Source: Octopus sinensis (Eukaryota). From it: DNA of 64,000 nucleotides. Location: assembly GCF_006345805.1 (NCBI RefSeq), contig NC_043008.1, positions 52,080,001-52,144,000 of the forward strand, in the 5' to 3' direction. Shown one piece after another: positions 51,160-64,000 of this stretch (positions are counted from its first letter, which is position 1; each line of letters begins with the position of its first letter). A program made the translations under genes and the position numbers. The notes under the pieces were generated by a model that searched no databases, had not been told where the DNA came from, and saw only the letters and a list, made by a program, of their open reading frames with translations.

Positions 51160-51725
51160 GTCGTTTCAACGTCTATTTTTCCATGCTTGCACGAGTTAGA
51201 CGGAATTTATTGAAGCAGATTTTTCCATGACCAGATGCCCTTCCTTTCACCCCACTCGCCTGTTTTCAAGCAAGGGCATATTGGAAATGAAGGCCAGTGT
51301 TACTCACAGCTGTATGTTGGTGATATAACTGTCACGCATGTCAATAGGAGACGCAAACATACATACGATGTGCTTCTTTCAGTTTTCATTTGTCAAATCG
51401 GCTCTGAAAGCTTTGTGAAGTGGTACTGAACCCAAAGGCGGCGAGCTGGCAGAAACGTTAGCACGCCGGGCGAAATGCGTAGCCGTATTTCGTCTGCCGT
51501 TACGTTCTGAGTTCAAATTCCGCCGAGGTGGACTTTGCCTTTCATCCTTTCTGGGTCGATTAAGTAAGTACCAGTTACGCACTGGGGTGGATGTAATCGA
51601 CTTAATACCTATGTCTGTCCTTGTTTGTCCCCTCTATGTTTAGCCCCTTGTGGGTAATAAAGAAATAGGTACTGAACCCAAAACCACACGCTGGGAAACT
51701 AGCTTCTTAACCACATAGCCACGTC
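51160..51725 (-). mobile_element. Old SINE with family-2 tRNA head and RTE-derived tail, interrupted by a young family-1 SINE
   Basis: Head at 51683-51725 and about 51400-51436. Tail gaaggcatctgg...gtgcaagcatggaaaaa...gatgatt resembles the RTE 3' end. Confidence 0.75.
51437..51667 (+). mobile_element. SINE family 1 young subfamily, 15 bp TSD
   Basis: TSD ggtactgaacccaaa at 51422-51436 and 51668-51682. Other family-1 copies at about 15940, 17447, 20900(-), 36150, 36360, 45215, 46420, 49800(-), 50568, 50803, 61990(-). Confidence 0.95.
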
Positions 51726-53034
51726 TCTGCTTACCAACACACGCTTGTCTGCTACCCACAACATCAGAATTTAAAGAAAAAAGATATATGGCTAATGTTA
51801 TAACAAAAGAGGAACAAACATTGAATTGTATTGCAAGGTTATGATATTGAATAAATACGCAAAAACAGAAATATTGGCTTTGACAAATTATAAAATTTCA
51901 TTTTCTGAATTTTTTTTTATTACAGAATGCTAATTTTTTTGCTTTTTTAATGCAAATATAAAAATGAAAAGAATGAAACGTATATTGAGATTACGCAACA
52001 AAATAAAGGTAAAGGGAGATAAGCGTGTACAAGCTTTTGTTCCCAGTTTGCCAAAAGCAGGCTTTTAATCCTTTGCCCTACATTACTTTTGTATTAAGAG
52101 TAAAGAAAAAAAGCCTCTAATGAAAGAATTTTTTTAAAAATGGTAATAAAAAATTGTTACAACATTTCTGTTGAAATACACTTTATTTGCTTCAATTAAT
52201 TTTGTAAAATAACGAAGAATTTAATAAAGAGAAACTCTCATGTAATAAAGCTGGTATTTAGAACATGAATTAACTTGAAATTATCATGAAAAGTTTTAAT
52301 TACATGATTTTAAAAGAGTCTGTTTGTATCAAAAGACCAAAAAACTCGCAGGTGGGTTTGTAACAAAAAGGTTAACAAAGTGAAATTAAGTTTTCCTTGT
52401 TGCAGTTCTTTATTTCTTAAATTCTTTACTCTATAGCTCTATAGCATATCAATCCTTCCTTCATTTCAGTTCTAAATCACTTTTCCTTATTGAAAGTGAT
52501 TATTTATTTGATTTAAATTAAATGTGGTGAAAGCTTTTTGTATGCATTTTTGCATGCATTTCATACACAAATTGAAAATAGCCCATCACACATACACACA
52601 TACACACATATATATACATAGTATACAGTAAGTAGAGCACTGCCAAAAGACTGATTACAGACGAACTGTAGACAGAAACTTCATTGCAGGATTGCTAGTG
52701 AGCTTGTCTTCAGAGAAGGGGTTTCTGATTAGGCGGGACTTTTGTCACAGACTTTAAATGGCTGATTGCATTCTCTCTCATGGTGTGGTGTGTAACTGAA
52801 TGAAACAAAATAAATACTACACCAACATTCTTGTTCCCAGTTGGGGTTTTTGTGTGTGTGTGTAAAGGCGAGATCAACTACAAAAAAAAACTCCATCTGT
52901 TTTAGCTTGTATATGCCATCTGAGCACAGACTGAAGATTGCACCAGACGTATAAAATTCTGTCTATTTGTTTTTATTGCATGAAACTATTAGTAGCTTTT
53001 AAAAATATATACAGTATTCATTAAGATATATATA

Positions 53035-53710
53035 TATCATCATCATCATCATCGTTTAATGACTGTTTTCCATGACGGCATGGGTTGGACGGTTTGACTG
53101 GGGACTGGCAAGCCATGAGACCACACCAGGCCCCAATCTGATCTGGCAATGTTTCTACAGCTGGATACTTTCCTAACACCAACTACTCTGAGAGTGTAGT
53201 GGGTGCTTTTTACGTGCACATCTCCAGAGGTCTCAGTCTTTCGTCATTGCCTCTGTGAGGCCCAATGTTCAAAGGTCATGCTTCACCACCTCATCTCTTG
53301 TCTTCCTGGGTCTCCCTTTTCCAAGGGTTCCTTCCACTGCTATGGAGTGACATTCCTTCACACAGCTGTCCTCATCCATACCTAGCACATGACCATACCA
53401 GTGCAGTCATCTCTCTTGCACACCACATCTGATGCTTCTTATATCCAACTTTTCTCTCAGGGTGCTTACACTCTGTCATGTGTGCACACTGACATTACAC
53501 ATCCAGCAGATCATGCTAGCTTCATTTCTTTCGAGCCTGCACATGTCTTCAGCAGTCACGGCCCTTGTTTGACTGCCATGAAGCATGGCAGTTCACACAC
53601 ATGCATCGTACAATATACCTTTCCCTCTGAGCGAGAGGCCCTTTGTCACCAGTAGAGGTAGGAGCTTTCTGAACTTTTCCCAGGCTATTCTTATTCTAGT
53701 GGCAATGCTC
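53035..53710 (-). mobile_element. 5'-truncated RTE LINE with most of the 3' UTR deleted
   Basis: (cat)n tail and terminal UTR join directly at about 53220 to ORF-end sequence (acatctccagaggtctcagtc..., cacacagctgtcctcatccat...). Confidence 0.88.
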
Positions 53711-56590
53711 TCTGTCTCTCTGTATATATATATACTCTTTTACTTGTTTCAGTCATTTGACTGCGGCCATGCTGAAGCACCGCCTTTAATCGAGCAACTC
53801 GACCCCGGGACTTATTCTTTTGTAAGCCCAGTACTTATTCTATCAGTCTCTTTTGCCGAACCGCTAGGTAACGGGGACATAAACACACCAGCATCGGTTG
53901 TCAAGCAATGCTAGGGGGACAAACACACACACACGCATATACATACATTTATACGACGGGCTTCTTTCAGTTTCCGTCTACCAAATCCACTCACAAGGCT
54001 TTGGTCGGCCCGAGGCTATAGTAGAAGACACTTGCCCAAGGTGCCATGCAGTGGGGCTGAACCCAGAACCCGGAACCATGTGGTTGGTAAACAAGCTACT
54101 TACCACACAGCCACTCCTGCGCCTATATATATATATATATATATATATGTATCATCATCATCATCATTATTTAATGTCTGCTTCCTTGCTGGCATGGGTT
54201 GGGTGGTTTGACATGGTGCTGGCTTGCAGGGAGCTGTCCAGATTCTAAATTGTCTGATGTCGCATGGTTTCTACAGCTGGATGCCCTTCCTAACACTAAC
54301 CACTTGGTTGCTTTTATATATATACTTAGTTGTTTTTTCTGGTTGGTGTGTACATACAAGTATATGTGTGTGTGTGTGTGTGAACCTCCATGTTTTGACT
54401 TCATATAAATGTCACAGTCATCCAAGCAGTGTCCTTTTATGGGAATGTTACCTTATTTGGAAACAAGTGAAGGTTGGCAACAGGAAAGGCATCCTGTTGG
54501 AGAAAGTCCATCTCAATAAATTCCATCCAACCCACGATGCAAGTATGGAAAAGAGGACATTAAATGATGATGATGATGAGGAGGAGGATAATTACATAAC
54601 GTTAGAGATTTTGACAAAAGAAACAAAAAATGCAAGCTTTGTATTTAAAAAAAATTTAAAGTTAATCCCAAGTCTTTTAATGTTCCATGTGGATTATTTT
54701 CAATGATAATTTCAAAATAAGAGGTGTGGCACCATGGTAAAATGTACTCAGTACACTCTATAAAATGGTTGGTACTTAGAAAAGAAGTGAAGCATAGAAA
54801 TCATATTAAAAACGGGACACTCCAAACAAGATATGGACTCTGCAAGCAGGCTGTACTTGCAGGCTACAAGTATAGAAAGACAGTAAACCTGAATAAGAAG
54901 TGATATGAGGTTGAAGGAATTTGTTGGTCCTGCTGCTTGAGACAATCCTCTTGTGCCACTCACTGGCCAGCTGTGGTGCTGTGTGTAAGTCTGATTGTGC
55001 ACACACTCTGTCCCTGTTGCTGTGTGTGTGAAATAGCATTAACCATCACAACTCATCTCTATACCAGCATGGAGCAAGACATGAAATGATGATGAGAGAA
55101 ATGGTGATGGTGATAACGATGCTGATGATGATTGTGATGATGATGATGGTGTTAGCAACGTTAAATGGAAAATAGATTAGGAAATCATAGAAGTGAATCA
55201 TTTGTGAATCTAACAGAACAAAGATTTCAAATGAAAAAAGAATAATTGTTTCTTGGATAAACAGAAAACCTGAAATCTGAGGGAGGTGATGATGATGGGA
55301 GTGGTCTGGGTTAATCAATGCCATCAACACCAATATATGACTGGTACTTTATCCCATTTGCCTCAGAGGTGTTGCTTTGATATAATACTTTGCACAGCTG
55401 TCATGTTCACAGACAGTATAGGTTCAAGTCCTAGGGGCAACCTTTGACTTTTGATAAACACGGCAATAGCTATAGGCACAGGCATTGCTGTGTGGTTATA
55501 ACTTTGCTGCATGATACCTTGGGCAAGTGTCTTCTACTATAGCTCTGAGCTGATCAGAGCATTGTGAGTGGATTTGGTGGGTGGAAATTGAAGCAAGTCT
55601 GTCATATAATATACTTTATACCTCTTACTTGGTTCAGTCATTAGACTGTGGCCGTGCTGGGGCAGCACCTTGAAAAGTCAAACGAATCATCCCCAGTATT
55701 TCAAGCCTGGTACTTATCCTATCAGTTACTTTTGCTGAACTACTAATTTATGGGAATGTAAACAAACCAGCACTGGTTATCAAGTGGAATGGGGGACAAA
55801 CACAGACACACACACATACATACATATATACATATGTATGTTTGTATGATGTATATACATACATACATGCATGCATATTTACATACATACATACATATAC
55901 ATATATATACATACATACACAAACACATACATGCATGCATACATACATCCATGCATACATACATACATGCATACATACAACTGAATTCTTTCAGTTTCCA
56001 TCTGTCCAAGATGTCATGCAGTGGGACTGAACCCAGAACCATGTGGTAGGGAAGCAAACTTATTATAACACAGCCATACCTGCACCTTTATATACATATT
56101 TGTGTTAAGCTTATAAAAGGGCTTTAAATTGTTTTATCCTGAATCTGAGCTAATATCTTAAAAATTTACACTACTAAGGCTTGTGTCGAATGTGATTTTA
56201 AGGTCCATTCTTTGGAAGAATATAATAAGATTCTTCCTAAGGTCATTGAGTTCAAGCCAGTTCATGTTACAGGTGACTGTAAGGCCATCGTCCTTGTATG
56301 TTTGTCTGTGCATTTGTGTTACTGTCCCCCTTGCCTTGACATTGCATGGCTGTTGTAAATAAGTGGCACTATCATGCAAACGATGTCCTTCATTTTCAAT
56401 CTTCTGTGTAAACATGTCTGGGTCATGGAGAAATTTTTCCTTGCTTGGAAACAGGTGAGAAATGGCAACAAAAGGAGCAGCTGGCTTTAGAAAATCCACC
56501 TCAACGAAATCTGTATGACCCATGTAACTATGGAAAAGTGGATGTCAAAACAATAATGATGGTGATGACAGCATTAATGTCAGGAAGATC

Positions 56591-56816
56591 TGTTTCTTTA
56601 TTACCCACAAGGGGCTAAACATAGAGGGGGACAAACCAGGACAGACAAAGGGATTAAGTTGATTATATCGACCCCAGTGCGTAACTGGTACTTAATTTAT
56701 CGACCCCGAAAGGATGAAAGGCAAAGTCGACCTCGGTGGAATTTGAACCCAGAACGTAACGGCAGACGAAATACGGCTACGCATTTCGCCCGGCGTGCTA
56801 ACGATTCTGCCAGCTC
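56591..56816 (-). mobile_element. SINE family 1 young subfamily, 7 bp TSD
   Basis: TSD gaagatc at 56584-56590 and 56817-56823. Confidence 0.9.
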
Positions 56817-57824
56817 GAAGATCAACACCACAGATGGTTAGCGGTGCAAGAGAGCTTGTCTAAAGCAAGAGCACTAAATAATTCCTTTCACAGTGTATCG
56901 GTTCTTTTGCAGGTTTACTGCCCTCCTATACTGGTAACCTACAATTACTGCTAGCCTGCAGAGGCCCCATTTTGCTAATACATTCCATTTTAGATTTTAG
57001 ACATGTCTCTATGGCTGACTGCTCTTTCTAGCATCAACCATTGGCAGGGTTTGAACTCACAATGTAAAGAGCTTGAATAAATACCTCAAATCATTACCTT
57101 CTGCCACTCAGTCAGTTATGACGGCAAGATCAATTAAACAACCTGCTTGTGAAATTAATGTGAAAGTGGCTGAGCACTCCACAGACATACATACCGTTAC
57201 CATAGTTCTCAAGGAGATTCAGTGTAACACAGAATGGGACAAGGCTGATCCTTTGAAATACAGATGCAACTCATTTTTACCAGCTGAGTGAACTGGAGCA
57301 ATATGAAGTAAAGTGTCTTGCTCAAAGTCACAACATGTTACTGAGAATTGAACTCATAATCCTACAATCATGAACAGAACAGACTAACCACTTAGCCACG
57401 CTGCTTCATTTCATGTCATTATATACAACACTTTAATGATTCTGCCAACTCACTACTGAAAATAGTTTCTAATTTAGGCAAAACGCCAACAATTTTAATA
57501 TGACGAGTTAATTAATTAAATCAACCCTCATACTTGTTTAGTCTTTAGTCTATCTTATTGACCTTGAAAGGATGAACATTTGAACTCGCTGGGATTAGAA
57601 CCCTGAATGTAAAGAACTGAAACAAGTACTTAACTTTTATTTTTTATGTGTTTCAGTCCTTAGACTGTGGCCATGCTGGAGCAGCACTTTAAAGGATTTT
57701 AGTTGAATGAATCAACCCCAGTATGTATTTTTTGAAGCCTGGTACTTTGTTGTTCTCTTTTGCTGAACCCCTAAATTATGGGAACATAAACACATCAACA
57801 CCGGTTGTCAAGTGGTGGAGGGAA

Positions 57825-58097
57825 ACACACACACACACACACACACGTGCACAACAGGTTTCTTTTAGTTACCATCTACCAATCCACTCTCAAGGCTTCA
57901 GTCAGCCCAAAGCTATAGTAGAAGACTCAAGGTGCCAAGCTGTAGGATTGAACCCAAAACTCTGTGGTTGGGAAGCTAACTTCTTACTACACTGCTATTC
58001 CTGTGCCTTTCTCTCTCTCTCTCCCTCTCTCACATGCACACACATGCACACAGACACATACACAGACACACACACAGACACACACACCACACACAGA

Positions 58098-58137
<40 letters not shown>

Positions 58138-58397
58138 ACACACACGTGCACAACAGGTTTCTTTTAGTTACCATCTACCAATCCACACTCAAGGCTTCAG
58201 TCAGCCCGAGGCTATAGTAGAAGACTCAAGGTGCCAAGCAGTAGGATTGAACCCAAAACTCTGTGGTTGTGAAGTTAACTTCTTACTACACTGCTATTCT
58301 TGTGCCTTTCTCTCTCTCTCTCCCTCTCTCACATGCACACACATGCACACAGACACATACACAGACACACACACAGACACACACACACACACACAGA

Positions 58398-58438
<41 letters not shown>

Positions 58439-58460
58439 CACACACACACACACACACACA
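57825..58460. repeat. Tandem duplication, unit about 299 bp, bounded by (CA)n, containing a SINE-2 head
   Basis: gtgcacaacagg starts at 57847 and 58146. About 7 substitutions separate the copies. Confidence 0.93.
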
Positions 58461-59054
58461 CTTCTTTTATTTTTTTGCACTCTAATGATTCTGTCAGTCC
58501 AACCATCCTTATTATTTTTAGCATAGGGCACAGAAGGTCTGAAATGTGGTGGAGTGGAGAGGGTGGGTAGCCACTACCATCACCCCACTGTATTGATTTA
58601 TGGTAACAGTATTAAGTTGTTATGAACCAGGCTCCACATTGGTAAAAGAAAGGGACTGAGATTGTATGACATTCTTGCCAAGCCAGGCTCCAACCAAAAA
58701 TCCAAACTAGGTCACAGATACTTCTCACTAGAAGCTTACCTCTTGTCTATGGCACTTATTCAGGATAATATTAATAAGCATGAGTACAAATGAATGTGTA
58801 CAATAATCAAGGTGTGATTATATTTTAATTTCCACTACTGAAACACATCTGTTCTATGTTATTTCTGGCACTATACTTAGAAGAAAGCAGGCTCTGTATT
58901 CAATTTAGTCTTCTTGGGAGAAAGGAAGACAACATCCACAGGTAACTTTAGCATGTGTTAGTCATCTTGGAGTGTCTGGCCAAGTGTTGATGTACTGGCT
59001 AATCTAATTGAAGGAAGATGATGCTCTACAGCAGATTACTGACACAGACACACA

Positions 59055-59101
<47 letters not shown>

Positions 59102-60669
59102 TAATCAGATTAATTGCAGTTTTAACATTCAGTTTAATGTTCTTTTTCAAATGAGACTCTAAAAAAGGATTTTCTTTTTGATGATACAGCGAAGTGTTGT
59201 TGAAACTAATTTGTCTCACAAAGATGATAATGATGATGAACAACAATAACAATAACATCAATAATAAAAAGCAAGGTGTTCTGATTCAACTGCAAGGCCA
59301 GCGATTTTGGGTGGGGAGAGAGGAATGGTAATTTGTTAAATCCGTCAACCTCCACACTTGACCACTCAACCACTTAACTTGTACATAGTTTTAGCAAACC
59401 TGAAATGACAAAAAGGCAAAAGTAACCCTTGCAGGAATTGAACTCAGGTGCAAGGAGCTGATGACTAGTACCACACTTTGGATTTCATGTCAGTGCACAG
59501 AAGCTGTATAATTTCAATAAATTTGGTGTGGCTTGGGGAAGGCAATTTTGATTTACACTTTCCACTAACCATCACATATTCATATATGTATACACACTGG
59601 CTGCTTGGGAATGAAATTTTCTTAGGGGGTGCAAACCCAGGCCTGAAAATTTTTACAAATAAGGTCATATTTTTTAAATTTATTTATTTATGTTCTTTGT
59701 TCTTTGAGTAGAAACCTAATTAAAGGTACTTTCTACAGATCACTTTTTACTCACTGTTTTCTAAATCCAAGAAAAGTAAGTAGGGGTCCAAATTTTGATT
59801 TTGCGCTCCACAAAAATTTTAGGGACGCAAGCACACCCCTTGAACCCACTGTCCTCAGGCCTTTGTGTATACACAATGTATTTTATCTATTTGATGTTAA
59901 ATTAGCTCTAATTTTATAGTTATTTCTATTGGAGATGACAGCCGAAGGGAATAAAGGTAAATAAAATAGAGTTGTAAATATACGAGAGGAGTGATGGTGT
60001 ATGAATGAAGTAGTATAAGAGTGGTAGCATAGTATAATATTGTGTGTGGTGGTTGTGTTATTGGAAATGGATGATAGTTGGTGTTTCAAGAATTCAACAT
60101 ATTTCTACAAATCCAGGGTATCTGGTTCAAGGAAAGGCATCCAGCTGTGAAAAATCCTACAAAAGTAGACACTGGGCCTCAACATGGTCTCCACACTTGC
60201 TCTCATCATATTTTGTATTATCAGAGTGTTTAGTATAAGGAAAGGCATCAAAAACCCAAAGCAAACCTGAGATTTCAAATGCAATCCCTAGTTTCATCTG
60301 ATCCTGTCAAACTGTCCGACCCATGCCAGCATTGAAGGCAAATATTAAATGAAGATAATAATGATGATTTAGTGTGTTCATTTTGTAGATTATGTATGAT
60401 GGATTGTGCTGATGTGGCTGTATGGTAAGAAGTTTACTTTCCACTCACATGGTTCAGTCCCACTGCATAGTACCTTGGGCAACTTGTGTTTTAGAATAAA
60501 TAGACATAAGAGAATGTCAACTGGCTGATATATGTCATTTTTGTGTCCCCTCCACTTTTTTTTTTACCATATAAATTAAGGGTAAACCACTTTTTATCCC
60601 CCGCCCATATATGACACTCGATTGCAAAATTGTCACACAATATCCAGCACTTGGGAATCAATAATTGGG

Positions 60670-61290
60670 TACACTACCAGCAATATATTGGATACGTACT
60701 GTGGACACAGCAGTTCTGTGATACAACCATACAGGCATACAGCAGCAGCACTATGGTATGCAGTTCTGTAGTATATAGGCACTATGGTACAACAGTTTTG
60801 AGGTACAGTAACAGTACTATGATACAAATTTGTGGAAATTCAGTACAGTGATATGATACAACAGGAACAATACGGTAAGCATTAATATAGTATAAAGGCA
60901 CTATAACATATAGTGTGTCATACTATGATATACAGTTTTTATAGTGCAATAACACTATAGTCCAGCAGCAGTATGGTGAGCACTATTATAGTATAGAGGT
61001 ACTATGGCACAATAGACAATAGTGCTATATTACAGTAGTGCTGTGGATACAACTGTTCTATAGATACAGTAGTATTACAATACAGCAGTGATATGATACA
61101 GCAATACTATGGTAAACCCTGCTATAGTACAGAGGCGCTATTGTACACTAATGCTATAGTACAGCAGTGATATGATACAGTAGTATTAGAACTGCATTAT
61201 AGTGCAATAGTGTCATAGTACATCAACACTATTGCATAGTACTATCATAGCAATGCAGAATTATGGTGCAGCATGCAGTAATATTATGCA
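60670..61290. repeat. Degenerate minisatellite of about 14-16 bp units rich in self-complementary motifs
   Basis: Recurrent tacagcagtgatatga, tacagtagtact and gcactatagt variants. Confidence 0.75.
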
Positions 61291-61474
61291 CTGCTTCATT
61301 AAGTAATTTATTCTTTACTCAAAATACGAGTAATGTTGCTCTGGTTTGACTTATGACTTATGTGATTGAATGAAGGAGGCAGATGTGTATGTTTCTATCA
61401 GATCTACATTTGCTCTAAGTTATGTTAACTAGGAAGAAATGCCACTTAGCATTTTGTTCTACACGCTAACGATA

Positions 61475-61669
61475 GGCACAGGAGTGGCTGTGTGGCAAGT
61501 AGCTTGCTAACCAACCACATGGTTCTGGGTTCAGTCCCACTGCGTGGCATCTTGGGCAAGTGTCTTCTGCTATAGCTCCGGGCCAACCAATGCCTTGTGA
61601 GTGGATTTGGTAGACGGAAACTGAAAGAAGCCCGTTGTATATATGTATATATATAATATATATATATAT

Positions 61670-61704
<35 letters not shown>

Positions 61705-61906
61705 TTGTCCCCTTAACATTGCTTGACAACCGATGCTGGTGTGTTTACGTCCCCGTCACTTAGCGCTTCGGTAGAAGAGACTGATAGAATAAGTACTGGG
61801 CCTACAAAGAATAAGTCTCGGGGTCGATTTGCTCGACTAAAGGCGGTGCTCCAGCATGGCCGCAGTCAAATGACTGAAACAAGTAAAAGAGTAAAAAGAG
61901 TAAAGA
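61475..61906 (+). mobile_element. SINE family 2 inserted into the A-box region of a minus-strand family-1 SINE
   Basis: TSD gata at 61471-61474 and 61907-61910. The rejoined flanks cacgctaacgatactgctagcttgc match the reverse complement of the family-1 head. Confidence 0.88.
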
Positions 61907-61953
61907 GATACTGCTAGCTTGCAGTATTAGTAACAGTAGCAGTAGTAGTAGTA

Positions 61954-61991
<38 letters not shown>

Positions 61992-62223
61992 TTCTACTAA
62001 AGGCATAAGGCCTGAAATTTTGGGGGGACTAGTCAGTTACATCAACCCCAGAGTTTCACTGGTACTTAATTTATTGAATTCGGAAGGATGAGAAACAAAG
62101 TTGATCTCAGTAGAATTTGAACCAAAAATGCGAAGACAGATGAAATGCCACTAAACATTTTCCCTAGCGGGCTAATGATTCTGCCAGCTTGCTATCTTGA
62201 ATAATAATGATAATAATAATAAT

Positions 62224-62644
62224 GCTTGTCAGTTGTTTGACCTTAACCAGTTGAGCATGACCCTTAGTGGCTGACGATATGTGCATCTCTGATCACGAGC
62301 AGAAGTAGTGGGGGAGCATCATAGCCATGTGTTGAGAGGGATTCTTTGGGGTTTGAATAATTCACCTCTGGAAACATGGGTGGTTCTTTCAACATCCTTA
62401 AACAACCCTTATTCAGGGACCTTTTGAGTGGGATGAGCTACTCAACCTGAAGAAAATTCTAACTGGGCCCCACCTGCAAGGTCATGTGCTGTTTATCTTG
62501 ATATGAGATCACCATGTCGCGCACATATGGTTGTGATGCATGTGCCTGGTGTACCCTTATCAGACGGGTAGTCAATATGGGTATATTGGGCTTCGTATAT
62601 TTTACCCCAGTGTCACTTTGATGGCATGAACTGCTCTCTCACTC

Positions 62645-62695
<51 letters not shown>
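62224..62695 (+). mobile_element. About 420 bp non-coding unit embedded in (TAA)n, possibly the 3' UTR of a 5'-truncated Dong/R4-type LINE
   Basis: Higher-GC block flanked on both sides by (AAT)n. The clade assignment is inferred only from the target sequence. Confidence 0.45.
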
Positions 62696-63268
62696 CCTTT
62701 CTACTATAAGTACAAGGTCTGATATTTAGTGGAGGGAGATAGTGGGTTACATTGACCCTAGTGCATAACTAGTACTATCTTTACAATGGATTCAGCTGAT
62801 AGCTGGATCCATCTCACAGTAATAATAATCCTTTCTGCTATGGGTACAAAGCCTGAAATATCGGTGGAGGAATCTAGTCAATTACATAAACCCCAGTGCT
62901 CAACTGATATATATATATATTGTCCTTTTCAAGCCTAGCCAGGCTCATGGGCCCGGTTTCACGGTTTCTGTGGCGTATGTGTTCCCCCCAGCTGGATGGG
63001 ATGCCAGTCCATCGCAGCATTACTCAAGAAACAGGAAGGGAGAGTGAGAGAAAGTTGTGGCAAACGAGTACAACAGGGGTTGCCACCACCCCCTGCCGGA
63101 GCCTCGTGGATCTTTAGGTGTTTTCGCTCAATAAACACACACAACGCCTGGTCTGGGAATCGAAACCGCGATCCTCCGACCCTAAGTTCGCTGCCCTAAC
63201 CACTAAGCCATTGCAACTCCACACACACACACACACATACATATACATAATATTATATATATATATAT

Positions 63269-63429
63269 AAAATAATTACAAAATGGGACAAGAACGCAAA
63301 ACATCCGGACAGCTAGGTGATACAAAAAGGGACAACAAAACATCCAGATAGATGATACAAAAAACACGGACGGGTCATTCGAAGCCTTTAGTCTTCAGTC
63401 AAGAACTGGATCATCCACGCAATTTCCGC
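63269..63429 (-). mobile_element. Second (TA)n-embedded repeat family, possibly Penelope-like; matching tail at about 11985-12055(+)
   Basis: tgtccctttttgtatcacctagctgtccggatgttttgcgttcttgtcccattttgta (minus strand) matches 11983-12050. Both copies abut (TA)n. Confidence 0.55.
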
Positions 63430-63625
<196 letters not shown>

Positions 63626-64000
63626 TGTATATGGTGCTCAGTTTGTTTATTTGACATTTCATCATCATCATCATCATTTCCTGTGCTTGCATGGGCTGGA
63701 CGGTTTGACATGGAGCTGGCCAGCTAGGGAGTGTCCAGACTCCTATTGTCTATTGTAGCATGGTTTCTATGGTCGAATGCTCTTCCAAGTGCCCACCACT
63801 TTAGAGAGTATACTGGGAGCTTTTTACATGCCACTGACATGTGTGTGTTTATGCAGCACCGGCATGGGTGCATTTCATGTGGCACCTGCACAGTACAAGC
63901 CTGTAAGTATGGAAGACTGCAATTTTACTTAGCTTGACCTATCTTTTCAAATACAGTAAATCACCACAACTTCTGGTCCCTTGTCATTTCCTCAATGAGG

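Overview
Eukaryotic, AT-rich, microsatellite-dense DNA. The repeat complement (tRNA-headed SINEs with internal (TA)n/(CA)n, RTE LINEs ending in (ATG)n) looks like an Octopus genome; the species call is inference. The only host gene I can identify is the last coding exon of an SPSB/gustavus SPRY-SOCS-box gene (+, 33758-33888). Its SPRY exon(s) were not found, so 1-33757 is probably one long intron. The rest is mainly mobile DNA: a nearly intact RTE LINE with a C4HC3 PHD finger inserted between RT palm and thumb, several decayed RTE copies and 3' tails, three Helitron derivatives with recognisable termini, two Tc1/mariner relics, a hAT MITE, a Gypsy integrase relic, (TA)n-embedded Penelope-type terminal units with a minimal hammerhead-like motif (CUGUUGA core in both copies), a (TAA)n-embedded 420 bp unit, and at least three SINE families with swapped tails, several with clear TSDs. 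Three tandem duplications break inside microsatellites. A stop-poor minus-strand frame at 43.3-43.9 kb with a phase-compatible candidate exon is unexplained. No CRISPR, rRNA or genuine tRNA genes were seen. All calls were made by eye, without database searches.
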